Shown: one piece after another, positions 25,794 to 35,290 of the stretch
Position numbering within the stretch: the stretch's first letter is position 1
How the letters are laid out: the number at the start of each line of letters is the position of its first letter
IMG/VR virus record: IMGVR_UViG_3300017917_004998
Coordinates: 32,001-96,000 of that record
Reading direction: 5' to 3' (one strand)
DNA: 64,000 bases
Source of the DNA: a virus
The notes under the pieces: generated by a model
What the model was told of the DNA's origin: nothing
Databases searched by the model: none
The model's input: only the letters and a program-made list of their open reading frames with translations
Made by a program: the position numbers and the translations under genes

Positions 25794-26917
25794 TAAGGAT
25801 CAAATCATACAATTCTTTTCTTAACGAATCCAGAGTAGATCTAGATCCTAAGCAGAAAGGCTTCCTGGACAAAGTGTGTAAAGGTGTTAGTAAATGGAAG
25901 CAGAACGAAAAAGGTCTTGTTGATGTCGACGGAAGTTTCAAGGCTGACGGAATGGATTTAAAGGATCTATACGGAATAAAATTCGGAACGATTAAAGGTG
26001 ATTTTAACATTTCCGATAACGATCTTGTAAATCTTGATGGCTGTCCTAAAGAAGTACATGGTTATTTTAGCTGCTCTGCTAATTTTCTAAATAGCTTAGA
26101 AGGTGGGCCGGATAGTGTCAAAGGAGACTATATCTGTACAAACAATAGCTTATTCAACCTAGATTTTATTGCTAAAGATTTTAATGGTCTATATGCATCA
26201 GGAAACGATCTAGAGCATCTAGGTGATTTACCTCAGAATATTAATGGAGATTTCTTCATTAATGATAATGCACTTCTTAAATCACTAGACGGATCTCCAA
26301 AAATTGTGGGTGGGGATTACGATTGCTCAAATTGCAAATTAGAAAGTCTTGGAGGAGGACCGAAAGAAGTTGGTGGAAGTTTTAATTGCGAAAATAACAA
26401 GCTTGATTCACTTGCAGGTGGTCCAGAATACATTGGTGGTCATTTTACATTAAGCTATAATAAAGTTAACAGCTTAGAAGGTATTGCAAGAGGAGCAAAT
26501 ACGATAGACATCGTAAAAAACCCAATATCGTCGTTACAAGGAATAGATTTTAAGTCGGTTAATAAAATTTACCATTCACACAATTTATTGCCAAGAGAGG
26601 TGCTTAATTTTCAACTGGAATACCTAAAAGAAAGAGGAAATCTTAATGGATGGCTTAAAGAATACATAGAAAAAGATCCTAAAAAATTTGCACACTTATT
26701 TAATTTGCCGGATTCGGATCAAAATAGAAAAAAATTAGATTCATTAAATTTAATTGATTTCTCTTTTGAGCATCCGAACGTTCTGCTTAAAATAATAACA
26801 CACGTAGGACCTAATAGCTTACTCTATAATTATTTTAAAGATAACGGTAATAAATTTTCAAAAGAATTCCAGGAAGCTTCCGGTCTTTATTCAGATCTGA
26901 AAGATCTTGGATTTTAA
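25790..26917 (+). CDS. LRR-like repeat protein
   Basis: Repeats NxLxSLxGxPxxVGGxFxC; MIRIKSYNSFLNE; ends DLKDLGF. Confidence 0.8.
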   Translation: MIRIKSYNSFLNESRVDLDPKQKGFLDKVCKGVSKWKQNEKGLVDVDGSFKADGMDLKDLYGIKFGTIKGDFNISDNDLVNLDGCPKEVHGYFSCSANFLNSLEGGPDSVKGDYICTNNSLFNLDFIAKDFNGLYASGNDLEHLGDLPQNINGDFFINDNALLKSLDGSPKIVGGDYDCSNCKLESLGGGPKEVGGSFNCENNKLDSLAGGPEYIGGHFTLSYNKVNSLEGIARGANTIDIVKNPISSLQGIDFKSVNKIYHSHNLLPREVLNFQLEYLKERGNLNGWLKEYIEKDPKKFAHLFNLPDSDQNRKKLDSLNLIDFSFEHPNVLLKIITHVGPNSLLYNYFKDNGNKFSKEFQEASGLYSDLKDLGF

Positions 26918-26957
26918 ATTTTACCAATTGGATATATAATAAAACAAAAATACTTAT

Positions 26958-27356
26958 ATGAAAAATATTAAGATGTACGAGGATTTTGATACTAGCTATG
27001 ATGGCTGGGAAACATCATACTCAAGCAAGTTCGAAGGTCATGATAGAGGAGAACAGAATTACATGTTCTTTCAGCATCTAATGACAATTAAAGATGCAAT
27101 CGACGATCTCCTTCAAATGGATAGAGAAAAAGTCGATATGATTTTATCAGATGGCCACGCATGGGCTAACGACCACATTACAACATCAGCAGATGATATC
27201 GAAGAGGTATACCATTTCATGAAGAACACTATGGCTGAAATGGGTCACTCGTCGCATGGCGAAGAAATGCAGGTTTCTCCAATGAACATCGAAATTCTAG
27301 GTAGCAACGATAAAGTTGAAATCGAGGATGAAGATGGAGAAGGCGAAGACGAATAA
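26958..27356 (+). CDS. acidic putative internal head protein
   Basis: GATATATA at 26931-26938; MKNIKMYEDF. Confidence 0.7.
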   Translation: MKNIKMYEDFDTSYDGWETSYSSKFEGHDRGEQNYMFFQHLMTIKDAIDDLLQMDREKVDMILSDGHAWANDHITTSADDIEEVYHFMKNTMAEMGHSSHGEEMQVSPMNIEILGSNDKVEIEDEDGEGEDE

Positions 27357-27360
27357 AATT

Positions 27361-28221
27361 ATGCAACCCTTAGATCCAAATATTCCAGGTTCGGCAGAGC
27401 CTCAGGTAGGATATGGACCTGAGGTCATCAACATATACCCATTTCTAAATTCACTTTCGAATCTTAAAAAGGTTTTATTTGTTACGACTAGCAACAGAAG
27501 TCCGTATGTTGCTAAACAAGGAGAAAAGGCTAAATCTTCACAACTTGCGGATTATTTAGCATATCTACTAAAACAAAAAGGATGTGACGTTGAAGTAATC
27601 GATGCATCTTCACTTACAATCCACAATTGCTTAGGTTGCGTAAGCGAATTGCACGGAAATCAATGCGGTGTAAAAGCTTCTAAAGTAAAGGACGAAAAGA
27701 AAAACCCAACCGGACATTTAAGGTGTTGGGCTAGTCACGATTTTGAAGATGACGAGCTTTGGAAAATAGTTAACCCGTTGTACGAAAGCGAAGCGGTTGT
27801 TTTCTTTGCTTCCCAAAGATGGGGAAATGCAAATGCAATTTACCAGAAACTGATCGAAAGATTAGATTGGATCGAAAACATGCATTATTCTATGGGCGAG
27901 CCAAGTACAATCTCTGGAAAGAAAGCAGGATTTGTATTGATTGGTCAGAACTGGAGAGTTCAGCAAACAGTTGAAACGCAGAGGGAAGTTCTTGCATTTT
28001 ATGGTTTTGACGTACCAGAGGAACTTTACATGGGTTGGCAATTTACAAGAGACGTTGAAGACGAAAGTGAAGAATCTTACAAAGAGGCACCTTACACATT
28101 TGAGCAAAGCTGGAATATGCAATTATTCATTCCCACGTTAAAAGAGTCGGAATCACAAAGAGAACAGTCTACCTTTAAGGTAAAAGATTTTAACAGCTTT
28201 ATATCAAGGTTATCCTGGTAG
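27361..28221 (+). CDS. flavodoxin-fold (FMN reductase / iron-sulfur flavoprotein-like) protein
   Basis: VTTSNR, IHNCLGC...QC...CW Cys cluster, EAVVFFAS..WG, GKKAGFVLIG. Confidence 0.7.
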   Translation: MQPLDPNIPGSAEPQVGYGPEVINIYPFLNSLSNLKKVLFVTTSNRSPYVAKQGEKAKSSQLADYLAYLLKQKGCDVEVIDASSLTIHNCLGCVSELHGNQCGVKASKVKDEKKNPTGHLRCWASHDFEDDELWKIVNPLYESEAVVFFASQRWGNANAIYQKLIERLDWIENMHYSMGEPSTISGKKAGFVLIGQNWRVQQTVETQREVLAFYGFDVPEELYMGWQFTRDVEDESEESYKEAPYTFEQSWNMQLFIPTLKESESQREQSTFKVKDFNSFISRLSW

Positions 28222-28223
28222 GA

Positions 28224-28433
28224 TTAACCCTTTTTAGCTTCTTCGAAATCTTCTTCTGATAATTTCCAACCTTTAATTTCTCCGCCAATGTATTCCTTAG
28301 CTTCAGAAAAAGTTGCTTTTGGATTTTCCTTTATGTAGTTAACCAATTTTTCTCTAATCGCCGGGTGAATTCCTTCACCTTCAGATAAGTTTGATTCGTT
28401 TACGAAGGTTTCAAAATCTGTAAGGTTTCTCAT
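28224..28433 (-). CDS. small putative internal head protein
   Basis: GATATATA minus at 28455-28462; MRNLTDFETFVNE. Confidence 0.7.
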   Translation of the reverse strand: MRNLTDFETFVNESNLSEGEGIHPAIREKLVNYIKENPKATFSEAKEYIGGEIKGWKLSEEDFEEAKKG

Positions 28434-28506
28434 ATCTGTTATTAATTTTCAATCTATATATCTAGATTATTTTTTTTGATCGTCTAGAGTAATTACATTT
28501 GGACAG

Positions 28507-29043
28507 ATGTTAAAATATTTTATCAACTATTCAAAGGAAAGCTTTCTAAAAACCTTAGCTATTTCTGCGGTCTGTTTGTTTTCTTATTTTGTAGCATGGC
28601 TTGTAGTCATATTTACCGGGGATGCAGATTTTGCTTTAAGGCTTCCGTTTATTTCGCCGTGGATACATTCAGATCTTTCTCACTTTTTGATAAACATAAT
28701 TCCTCTATTCGTTTTAATGCTCAGTGAAAAAAACAGATTTAAGATTTCGTGTCTGTTAATTATACCAATCTTAATCGAAGTGGCTTTTCTGCCATTAATT
28801 TTTTTTGGCACAGCCACAGTTATTGGGCTTTCTAAATTCATTTTCTTCTTGTTTGCGAGATTTATGCTAACGAGAGAAAACAATAAAGTAATTCATCAAT
28901 CCGTATTTGTGTTCATATTTACTTTGGAACTGTTACAAATCGGATCGGGTGACCTTATAAGTCACGAAGGACACATTTTCGGTAGCATCCTTGGAATCAT
29001 TTCAATTTATGCGGAGAAAAAAGGTCTCTTAAAGAGATGCTAA
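28507..29043 (+). CDS. rhomboid-family intramembrane protease
   Basis: Multiple TM helices; WIHSDLSHFLIN, IGLS, SHEGHIFG. Confidence 0.75.
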   Translation: MLKYFINYSKESFLKTLAISAVCLFSYFVAWLVVIFTGDADFALRLPFISPWIHSDLSHFLINIIPLFVLMLSEKNRFKISCLLIIPILIEVAFLPLIFFGTATVIGLSKFIFFLFARFMLTRENNKVIHQSVFVFIFTLELLQIGSGDLISHEGHIFGSILGIISIYAEKKGLLKRC

Positions 29044-29607
29044 AAATTCTTTAAGAACCGACATAATATCCTCGACGTTCCCAATCTCTTCTTTTCTATA
29101 TCCAACGTTTCTATATTTGTCAACAAACTCTTCAAAACTTTTATAAAGGTCTTCGGCTAATTCTTTGTCTAATTCAGTAACCATAGAATTTTTAAAGCCC
29201 TCCATTCCCTTTCCAGTTCCAGATTCTCTAGCTTTATCTGTCGTAAAAGCTTCAATTGCATATTTGTCTGGAGACTTGTATTCATACTCATATTCTTCCA
29301 TTCCCTCTTCATCCTTACCAGCTGGAATCTTTTCGAATTCAACGTAGTCTTCCATTTCATTGGGTTCGAATGCAACAACGAACATTTTGCCAGTTGCTTT
29401 TTCTTTTAGTATAGCATATTCTGAGTAATCTGAAGCAACCAAATCAAATTTGATGTCAGACTGATTCATAGAGATGTTTCTATCTGTTTCCGAATCCTCT
29501 TTATTCCAAGGAGACATCGGATCACTTGCTGTACCCGCTGGGTAGTTCTCTTCGCTTTCTGAAGTATTCCCGTTGAAATAATCTTCAAATGTTTTTATTA
29601 CTCTCAT
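29029..29607 (-). CDS. acidic putative internal head protein
   Basis: MRVIKTFEDYF N-terminus. Confidence 0.65.
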   Translation of the reverse strand: MRVIKTFEDYFNGNTSESEENYPAGTASDPMSPWNKEDSETDRNISMNQSDIKFDLVASDYSEYAILKEKATGKMFVVAFEPNEMEDYVEFEKIPAGKDEEGMEEYEYEYKSPDKYAIEAFTTDKARESGTGKGMEGFKNSMVTELDKELAEDLYKSFEEFVDKYRNVGYRKEEIGNVEDIMSVLKEFLASL

Positions 29608-29624
29608 ATGATTTTTCTTTGTTT

Positions 29625-30137
29625 TTAACGCTTAAGTGTAAGTAAATAATTGATCTTATCCAATAAAGATAAAATTTCGTCTAACTGGTTTAAAATCTCA
29701 GGATCTTTGTCAAATAAAGCTTTACAATCAACTGCATAGCATTTATAAACAGCTTTCATATATGAATTAAGCCCATCCGGAGAATCCGGGTTCATATAAT
29801 TCATAACGCTCATGGTGCATTCTTTGTCAGATAATTCAGGCCTGCAATATTTTCCCATTGCAGATTCAACCAAATCGTCAGTCAAAGAAATAAAAGTATT
29901 AAAAAGCTCATCCAAAGCCTTGTGCTCTGAGAAGGATCTTGTCTGCCAATGTAATAACTTAATTTGTGCAGTGTTTTTTAACACGCTGTGTGTTAAAAAA
30001 TTCACTTTGTCCATATTGCCGTTTTCTGGCATATCGCTCATAGTTTTTCTGAATGAATTGAATGTATAATCACCTCCAGCTGTTCCTGGTTTTTCGATTA
30101 CGTCTCCGAAAGCACTCAAATTTAAAACTTTATCCAC
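29625..30137 (-). CDS. ferritin/Dps-like protein (DUF5856 type)
   Basis: LLHWQT.SFSEHKALDE...D.LVE..MGKY.RP; GTG start; GATATATA minus at 30155-30162. Confidence 0.65.
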   Translation of the reverse strand: MDKVLNLSAFGDVIEKPGTAGGDYTFNSFRKTMSDMPENGNMDKVNFLTHSVLKNTAQIKLLHWQTRSFSEHKALDELFNTFISLTDDLVESAMGKYCRPELSDKECTMSVMNYMNPDSPDGLNSYMKAVYKCYAVDCKALFDKDPEILNQLDEILSLLDKINYLLTLKR

Positions 30138-30265
30138 TTTAATTTTTTTTCTTCTATATATCTAAAGTATAAAATTTTTGTGCTTCAGGATTTAGATAAA
30201 ACAAGGTCTCTATAAAAGATTTGGTGAAAAACTTATTTACATATATAAGGGATCAGAGTAAAATC

Positions 30266-30733
30266 ATGGAAGCACTTAAAAACTGGAAAAGTCTTTCCGA
30301 TAGACAGCCCATCGATCTGGAGACTTATTTAAAAGATTGGATAAAAAAGAACCCAATACATAAATTGTACATCGGTTGCGACTCGCACAACGAGTTAAAA
30401 AACACAACATTTGCGACTGTGATAGTTCTGCATTATGGGATCGGTGGTGGAGGTCACGTTCTATATTCCAGAGACACATATCCTTTAGTTAAGGATCGTT
30501 ACGAAAGATTGTGGAAGGAAGTTGAGTTGAGTGTTACTGTTGCTCAGAACCTAATTGACTTCGGATTGGGAAAACCTGACTACATTGACATAGATCTTAA
30601 TCCAGATCCTAGGTTTAAGTCAAATTCTGTTTTAAGATCTGCTGTTGGGATGATAGAGTCTCTGGGAATAACACCAAGATACAAAACGAAATCACCATGG
30701 GCTATTTCAATTGCTGATTGCATTTGTAAATAA
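30266..30733 (+). CDS. RNase H-like protein (YkuK/DUF458 type)
   Basis: LYIGCDS, FATVIVLH, RLWKEVELS, IDIDLN, SIAD. Confidence 0.75.
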   Translation: MEALKNWKSLSDRQPIDLETYLKDWIKKNPIHKLYIGCDSHNELKNTTFATVIVLHYGIGGGGHVLYSRDTYPLVKDRYERLWKEVELSVTVAQNLIDFGLGKPDYIDIDLNPDPRFKSNSVLRSAVGMIESLGITPRYKTKSPWAISIADCICK

Positions 30734-30763
30734 AGACTTGCGTGGAAATTAAAAATGTAATTT

Positions 30764-31018
30764 ATGGAAGAACAGGTCGAAGTAATAAATCCTGGCTTGG
30801 AAGACATTTCCAAACAGGCAAACCAAATAAAGGATTCAATCAGGAACCTAGAAAGGGAACTTGACGCATTGCAAAATAATTGCAATCACCCGGAATATGA
30901 CATAAAAAACTGTCCTACACAATCGTGCTGTTTCCAATTGAAAAGGGTCTGCAAAAAATGCTTAAGTGAAATAGGATATCCAACATCGGAGGAGACTGAA
31001 GCCTGGGTTTCTTCGTAA
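30764..31018 (+). CDS. hypothetical coiled-coil / Cys-rich protein
   Basis: 84-aa ORF; CNH, CC, CKKC. Confidence 0.6.
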   Translation: MEEQVEVINPGLEDISKQANQIKDSIRNLERELDALQNNCNHPEYDIKNCPTQSCCFQLKRVCKKCLSEIGYPTSEETEAWVSS

Positions 31019-31091
31019 TTTTTTTTATTGTTCAAATTGCGAAAACTTAAAGTTTTGACTTCATATAAGATCTGTGTTAAATCCTAATGAT

Positions 31092-33209
31092 ATGGAAGAA
31101 AATTTGAAAAAATCGCTAGACAATCTATCTGGTGAGATGGGACCTAGTAAGATATCAGCAAGCAGAAGAAGTATGCCAGAAGACGATGACGATGATCTTG
31201 GCGGTGAATTTAAAAATTCTTCATCGAACTCAAAAACACCTGCTCTCGATAACTTTACTCGAGATCTAACCGAGATGGCGATAAAGGGCGAGCTTGATCC
31301 AATCGTTGGCAGAGACGAAGAGATTGAAAGGGTATCACAGATTTTGGCAAGAAGGAAGAAAAACAACCCAGTTCTAATTGGTGAACCTGGTGTTGGTAAA
31401 TCTGCAATTGCTGAAGGACTTGCACTTAGAATTATTCAAAGGAAGGTTTCAAAGAATCTTTTAAACAAGAAAATCCTTACCCTGGATATGGGATCTGTTG
31501 TAGCAGGTACAAAATACAGAGGTCAATTTGAGGAGAGGATCAAGACGATTCTCGACGAACTAAAGAAGAATAAAGATATCATTATCTTCATAGACGAATT
31601 ACATACCATAGTCGGTGCAGGCGGATCATCTGGATCATTGGATGCATCTAATATGTTTAAGCCAGCCTTGGCCAGAGGAGAGATCCAGTGTGTAGGTGCA
31701 ACTACTTTAAACGAATATAGAACAAACATTGAGAAAGACGGTGCACTGGAGCGTAGATTCCAAAAGATCATAGTTGACCCGCCAACACCAGCAGAGACTC
31801 TCACGATCCTCAGAAACATTAAATCAAAATATGAGGATCACCACAATGTTGAATATACAGACGAAGCAATTGAGGTATGCGTCAAGCTCACAGAAAGGTT
31901 TATAACAGATCGCAATTTTCCTGATAAGGCCCTGGATGCTTTGGATGAAGCGGGCAGTAGAGCACAGCTTACTCAGGTTAAAGTTCCAGATAGCCTAATC
32001 AAGCTGGAGCAGAACCTGGAAAAGATCAAAGCAGACAAGAAGGAATCTGTAACAAAACAGGATTATGAAGCTGCAGCTAAATTCAGGGATCTCGAGAGGA
32101 AAGTTAATCTTAGCATTGAGATTGAAACTAAATCATGGGAGCAAAAATTAAAGGAGAAAAGAAAGATTGTTGATGCTGAAAGAGTTGCTGAAGTAGTTTC
32201 AATGATGACCGGGGTTCCTCTAAATAAAGTCACACAGTCAGAAAACCAAAAACTTGCACAGCTTGAAGAAACCCTGAAAGCAGAAGTAATAGGTCAATCT
32301 GTTGCAGTCACCAAAATCTCCAAAGCTATCCTCAGAAATAGACTTGGGTTAAAAGATCCAAACAGACCAATAGGATCGTTTATTTTTATGGGTCCAACTG
32401 GGGTTGGAAAAACAGAGCTTGCGAAGAAACTGGCAGAAAACATATTTGGAGATAGAGATGCTTTAATCCGAATTGATATGTCGGAATACATGGAGAAATT
32501 CAATTCAACCAAATTAATCGGAGCTCCTCCGGGATACGTAGGACACGAAGATGGAGGTCAGTTAACAGAAAAGGTTCGCAGAAAACCATATTCTGTTGTT
32601 CTGTTTGATGAAATTGAAAAAGCACACCCCGACATTTTCAATTCTTTGCTTCAAATATTGGATGAAGGATTTATTACAGATAGCTTAGGTAGAAAGATCA
32701 ACTTTAAGAACTGTTTGATTATTCTAACATCTAATGTTGGACAAAGGAAAGCTTCTGAATTTGGTACAGGCGTTGGTTTTAACTCAGCAGATTCACAACA
32801 AAAAAAGAACGAGGAATCTTCTTCAATTATCAGAAAGGAATTAGCTAAAACATTCTCACCTGAGTTTTTGAATCGTGTTGACGAAGTAATCTATTTCAAT
32901 TCATTAACTAAAGACGATCTGCTTAAAATTATCGAGGTTGAACTTAAAAAGATGTACCCGAGGTTTGAAGAAATAGGATATAAGATTTCCATATCGAAAG
33001 ATCTTAAGGAGAAAATAGCAGAGATTGGGTATGATCCTAAATATGGTGCTAGACCGCTCAAAAGACTTTTGCAGAAATATGTAGAAGATACTATAGCTGA
33101 ATTGGCAATCCAGCAAAAAATTCAGATTGGATCTAAGATTACATTATCACTAGATCCAAAAAAGAATCCAGATGAAGAAAATCCGGTTAAGGTAAAAATA
33201 GTCTTTTAA
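31092..33209 (+). CDS. clpC: ClpC-like Hsp100 ATPase lacking the Clp N-domain
   Basis: Two AAA modules (GEPGVGKS, GPTGVGKT), GTKYRGQFE and GAPPGYVG pore loops, UVR-type M domain QDYEAAAKFRD. Confidence 0.9.
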   Translation: MEENLKKSLDNLSGEMGPSKISASRRSMPEDDDDDLGGEFKNSSSNSKTPALDNFTRDLTEMAIKGELDPIVGRDEEIERVSQILARRKKNNPVLIGEPGVGKSAIAEGLALRIIQRKVSKNLLNKKILTLDMGSVVAGTKYRGQFEERIKTILDELKKNKDIIIFIDELHTIVGAGGSSGSLDASNMFKPALARGEIQCVGATTLNEYRTNIEKDGALERRFQKIIVDPPTPAETLTILRNIKSKYEDHHNVEYTDEAIEVCVKLTERFITDRNFPDKALDALDEAGSRAQLTQVKVPDSLIKLEQNLEKIKADKKESVTKQDYEAAAKFRDLERKVNLSIEIETKSWEQKLKEKRKIVDAERVAEVVSMMTGVPLNKVTQSENQKLAQLEETLKAEVIGQSVAVTKISKAILRNRLGLKDPNRPIGSFIFMGPTGVGKTELAKKLAENIFGDRDALIRIDMSEYMEKFNSTKLIGAPPGYVGHEDGGQLTEKVRRKPYSVVLFDEIEKAHPDIFNSLLQILDEGFITDSLGRKINFKNCLIILTSNVGQRKASEFGTGVGFNSADSQQKKNEESSSIIRKELAKTFSPEFLNRVDEVIYFNSLTKDDLLKIIEVELKKMYPRFEEIGYKISISKDLKEKIAEIGYDPKYGARPLKRLLQKYVEDTIAELAIQQKIQIGSKITLSLDPKKNPDEENPVKVKIVF

Positions 33210-33248
33210 AGCTCTTTTTTCTTTGTCAATCTAGTAAATATATAAAAG

Positions 33249-33446
33249 ATGCTTCATATAGATTTGTCAAAAGAAAAAAACCTAGACTCTGCTTTAAAAA
33301 AGCTAAAGACTAAATTTGATAAGGTTGGGACAAAAAAAGAACTCCTTGCTAGGAAGGAGTTCGTTAAACCGTCGGTTTTAAAAAGAGAGCTTAGACTTAA
33401 AGCATCGTATATCCAACAATTAAGATCTGAAGAGGAAAGAGATTAA
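33249..33446 (+). CDS. rpsU: ribosomal protein bS21, Bacteroidota type
   Basis: NLDSALKKLKTKFDK.G...L.ARKEFVKPSV.KR. Confidence 0.85.
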   Translation: MLHIDLSKEKNLDSALKKLKTKFDKVGTKKELLARKEFVKPSVLKRELRLKASYIQQLRSEEERD

Positions 33447-33763
33447 CTCAAAGGAACCCCCGGGATCTCAATCTTTTTAATCGCACCTAAAGCTTTATCA
33501 ATTACCGTTCCCTTACCTTCGCTGGGCCAATTTCCTGCGAATGCTAACATTGAAGTAGCCTTTTTCCTTACATCTTTTTCAGGAACTATCTTTGCTTTTT
33601 TAACGGCAACTAAAAGATCGTGTGCTAGTTCTTCGCCACTTTTATAAACACTTTCGATCTTCTCTTCTGGTTTGACCCCAAGTAATTTGTGCATCAAACC
33701 TTTGGAAGCCTTAGCTTCGTTGATCTCATCTACAAAGCTTTCGTAAATTTTAATATTTTCCAT
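33443..33763 (-). CDS. putative internal head protein
   Basis: GATATATA minus at 33788-33795; MENIKIYESFVDEINE. Confidence 0.7.
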   Translation of the reverse strand: MENIKIYESFVDEINEAKASKGLMHKLLGVKPEEKIESVYKSGEELAHDLLVAVKKAKIVPEKDVRKKATSMLAFAGNWPSEGKGTVIDKALGAIKKIEIPGVPLS

Positions 33764-33811
33764 TTTTTGGTTTTTATTTCTTTTGATTATATATCTAAAG
33801 TGAATCCTTGT

Positions 33812-33994
33812 ATGGAAGATAAAGAAAATGTAGAATCGAAGAAAATTGAATATGCACTAGGTGTATTAGAAACTACTAATATCCTGCTAAATTCACAAAG
33901 CAAAGAAATACTTCTTTGCAACATAGAGCATCTAAAAAAGATTCTACCTATTGCAATCGACGAGATAAAGCCAGATTCTAATCTCCAACTTTAA
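33812..33994 (+). CDS. 60-aa hypothetical protein
   Basis: ATG at 33812; the upstream part of the listed ORF overlaps a minus-strand gene. Confidence 0.45.
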   Translation: MEDKENVESKKIEYALGVLETTNILLNSQSKEILLCNIEHLKKILPIAIDEIKPDSNLQL

Positions 33995-34535
33995 TCGTTT
34001 TGACTACAGCATCCATGTAGCCTTCTGCTTCTTTTGCTAATTTAAGATTGTCGTCGTTGTCGTCAAAAAAGACAAGATTTTTAAACCCTAGATCTATCAG
34101 GTCTTTAATTGCTAGCTTCTTTCTTTCTGGTATCGTTCCCTTGTGTTTAAACTGCGGGTCATGAATTGCGATTACCAATTCTGGGTGTATGTCAATCCCA
34201 TTTATCAGAAAAAATTCTCTGACTAGCTCGCTTGACGACCTTGCTGTTAAAATAGCAACCGGGATTTTTTTGTGGTAAGCACCCTTAAGTATGTCGAATA
34301 TTTCGTGGATTATCTCTCCTCTCCTTAGAACATCTGGGCTTTCGAAATCGTCAAAATTTAAAAGGTGATTTTTCTTTTTTGTAAAGTTGCTGAATTCATG
34401 TGGAGTTAACTCTTTTATAACCTCGTGAGTACCTTTGCTTAGAATCTTTATCTTAGCATCGGTCTTAACTAGTGTGTCGTCAAGGTCGAAAATTATCAAT
34501 TTGTCCGGCTTTTCTATTCCTTTAATCTTAATCAC
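33978..34535 (-). CDS. HAD-superfamily phosphatase
   Basis: IIFDLDDTLV, ILTAR, FFDD. Confidence 0.8.
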   Translation of the reverse strand: MIKIKGIEKPDKLIIFDLDDTLVKTDAKIKILSKGTHEVIKELTPHEFSNFTKKKNHLLNFDDFESPDVLRRGEIIHEIFDILKGAYHKKIPVAILTARSSSELVREFFLINGIDIHPELVIAIHDPQFKHKGTIPERKKLAIKDLIDLGFKNLVFFDDNDDNLKLAKEAEGYMDAVVKTIKVGD

Positions 34536-34550
34536 CTTTGAGTTTTCTTG

Positions 34551-35222
34551 TTAGATCCTAACCTTTATTAAAGTAGCTTTTTCACTAAATTTTTTAGTAT
34601 CCAAGACTTCGTAAGTAAGATTTGTTATTCCATCAGAATCTATCTTCTTAATTATATCTTCTAGACTGGCACCATTTTTAAACTCAAAGAATTTTCTGAG
34701 GTTCTCGTTGTACAGATCTTGCGTAATAATTCTTTCGTGAGACAAAGAAGAGTATCTTCCAATTTTTCTAAGTGGCTTTATTCCTTTTGCGATGCACCTA
34801 AACATAATGTCATCATCCTCCGCTCCCCATCCCCAGTAGTCATTCGAGTAACCGTTAACCTTAAAAATTGAATGCTTATCAAAAAGTGTAACACCACCAA
34901 AATATCCTGGATAAGGTAGCGTAAAATTGAATTGCTCAGCCTCTGATGCTAAATGTGTTGGCGTATTAACATAGGAATAGTCTGAAGATATCGGTAGCAT
35001 ATCTACATCATGGAAACAATAATATGTCGAATTCTCTGCGTGTACAGCACCTATATTCAATATCTTACCACGATTAAAAGGTTTTCCTTCCTCCTGTTCA
35101 ACAATCAATATCTCGTAATTTATACCTTCCAAAAAATTACCACTCTCCATAGCTGGCAGGAATTTATCCAGGTGATCCTGTCTGTCACGATATGGAACAA
35201 CGATAGTTAATTTTTCATCCAT
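34551..35222 (-). CDS. GT7 (beta-1,4-galactosyltransferase-like) glycosyltransferase
   Basis: VPYRDR, FNRG, FHDVD, YFGGV, NGYSNDYWGWGAEDDD. Confidence 0.88.
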   Translation of the reverse strand: MDEKLTIVVPYRDRQDHLDKFLPAMESGNFLEGINYEILIVEQEEGKPFNRGKILNIGAVHAENSTYYCFHDVDMLPISSDYSYVNTPTHLASEAEQFNFTLPYPGYFGGVTLFDKHSIFKVNGYSNDYWGWGAEDDDIMFRCIAKGIKPLRKIGRYSSLSHERIITQDLYNENLRKFFEFKNGASLEDIIKKIDSDGITNLTYEVLDTKKFSEKATLIKVRI

Positions 35223-35290
35223 TTCAATTTTACGGCACTTTTTTAGAAAGTTTCTGAAATTCCCGCCCTTTCATAAACTACAATTGATTA

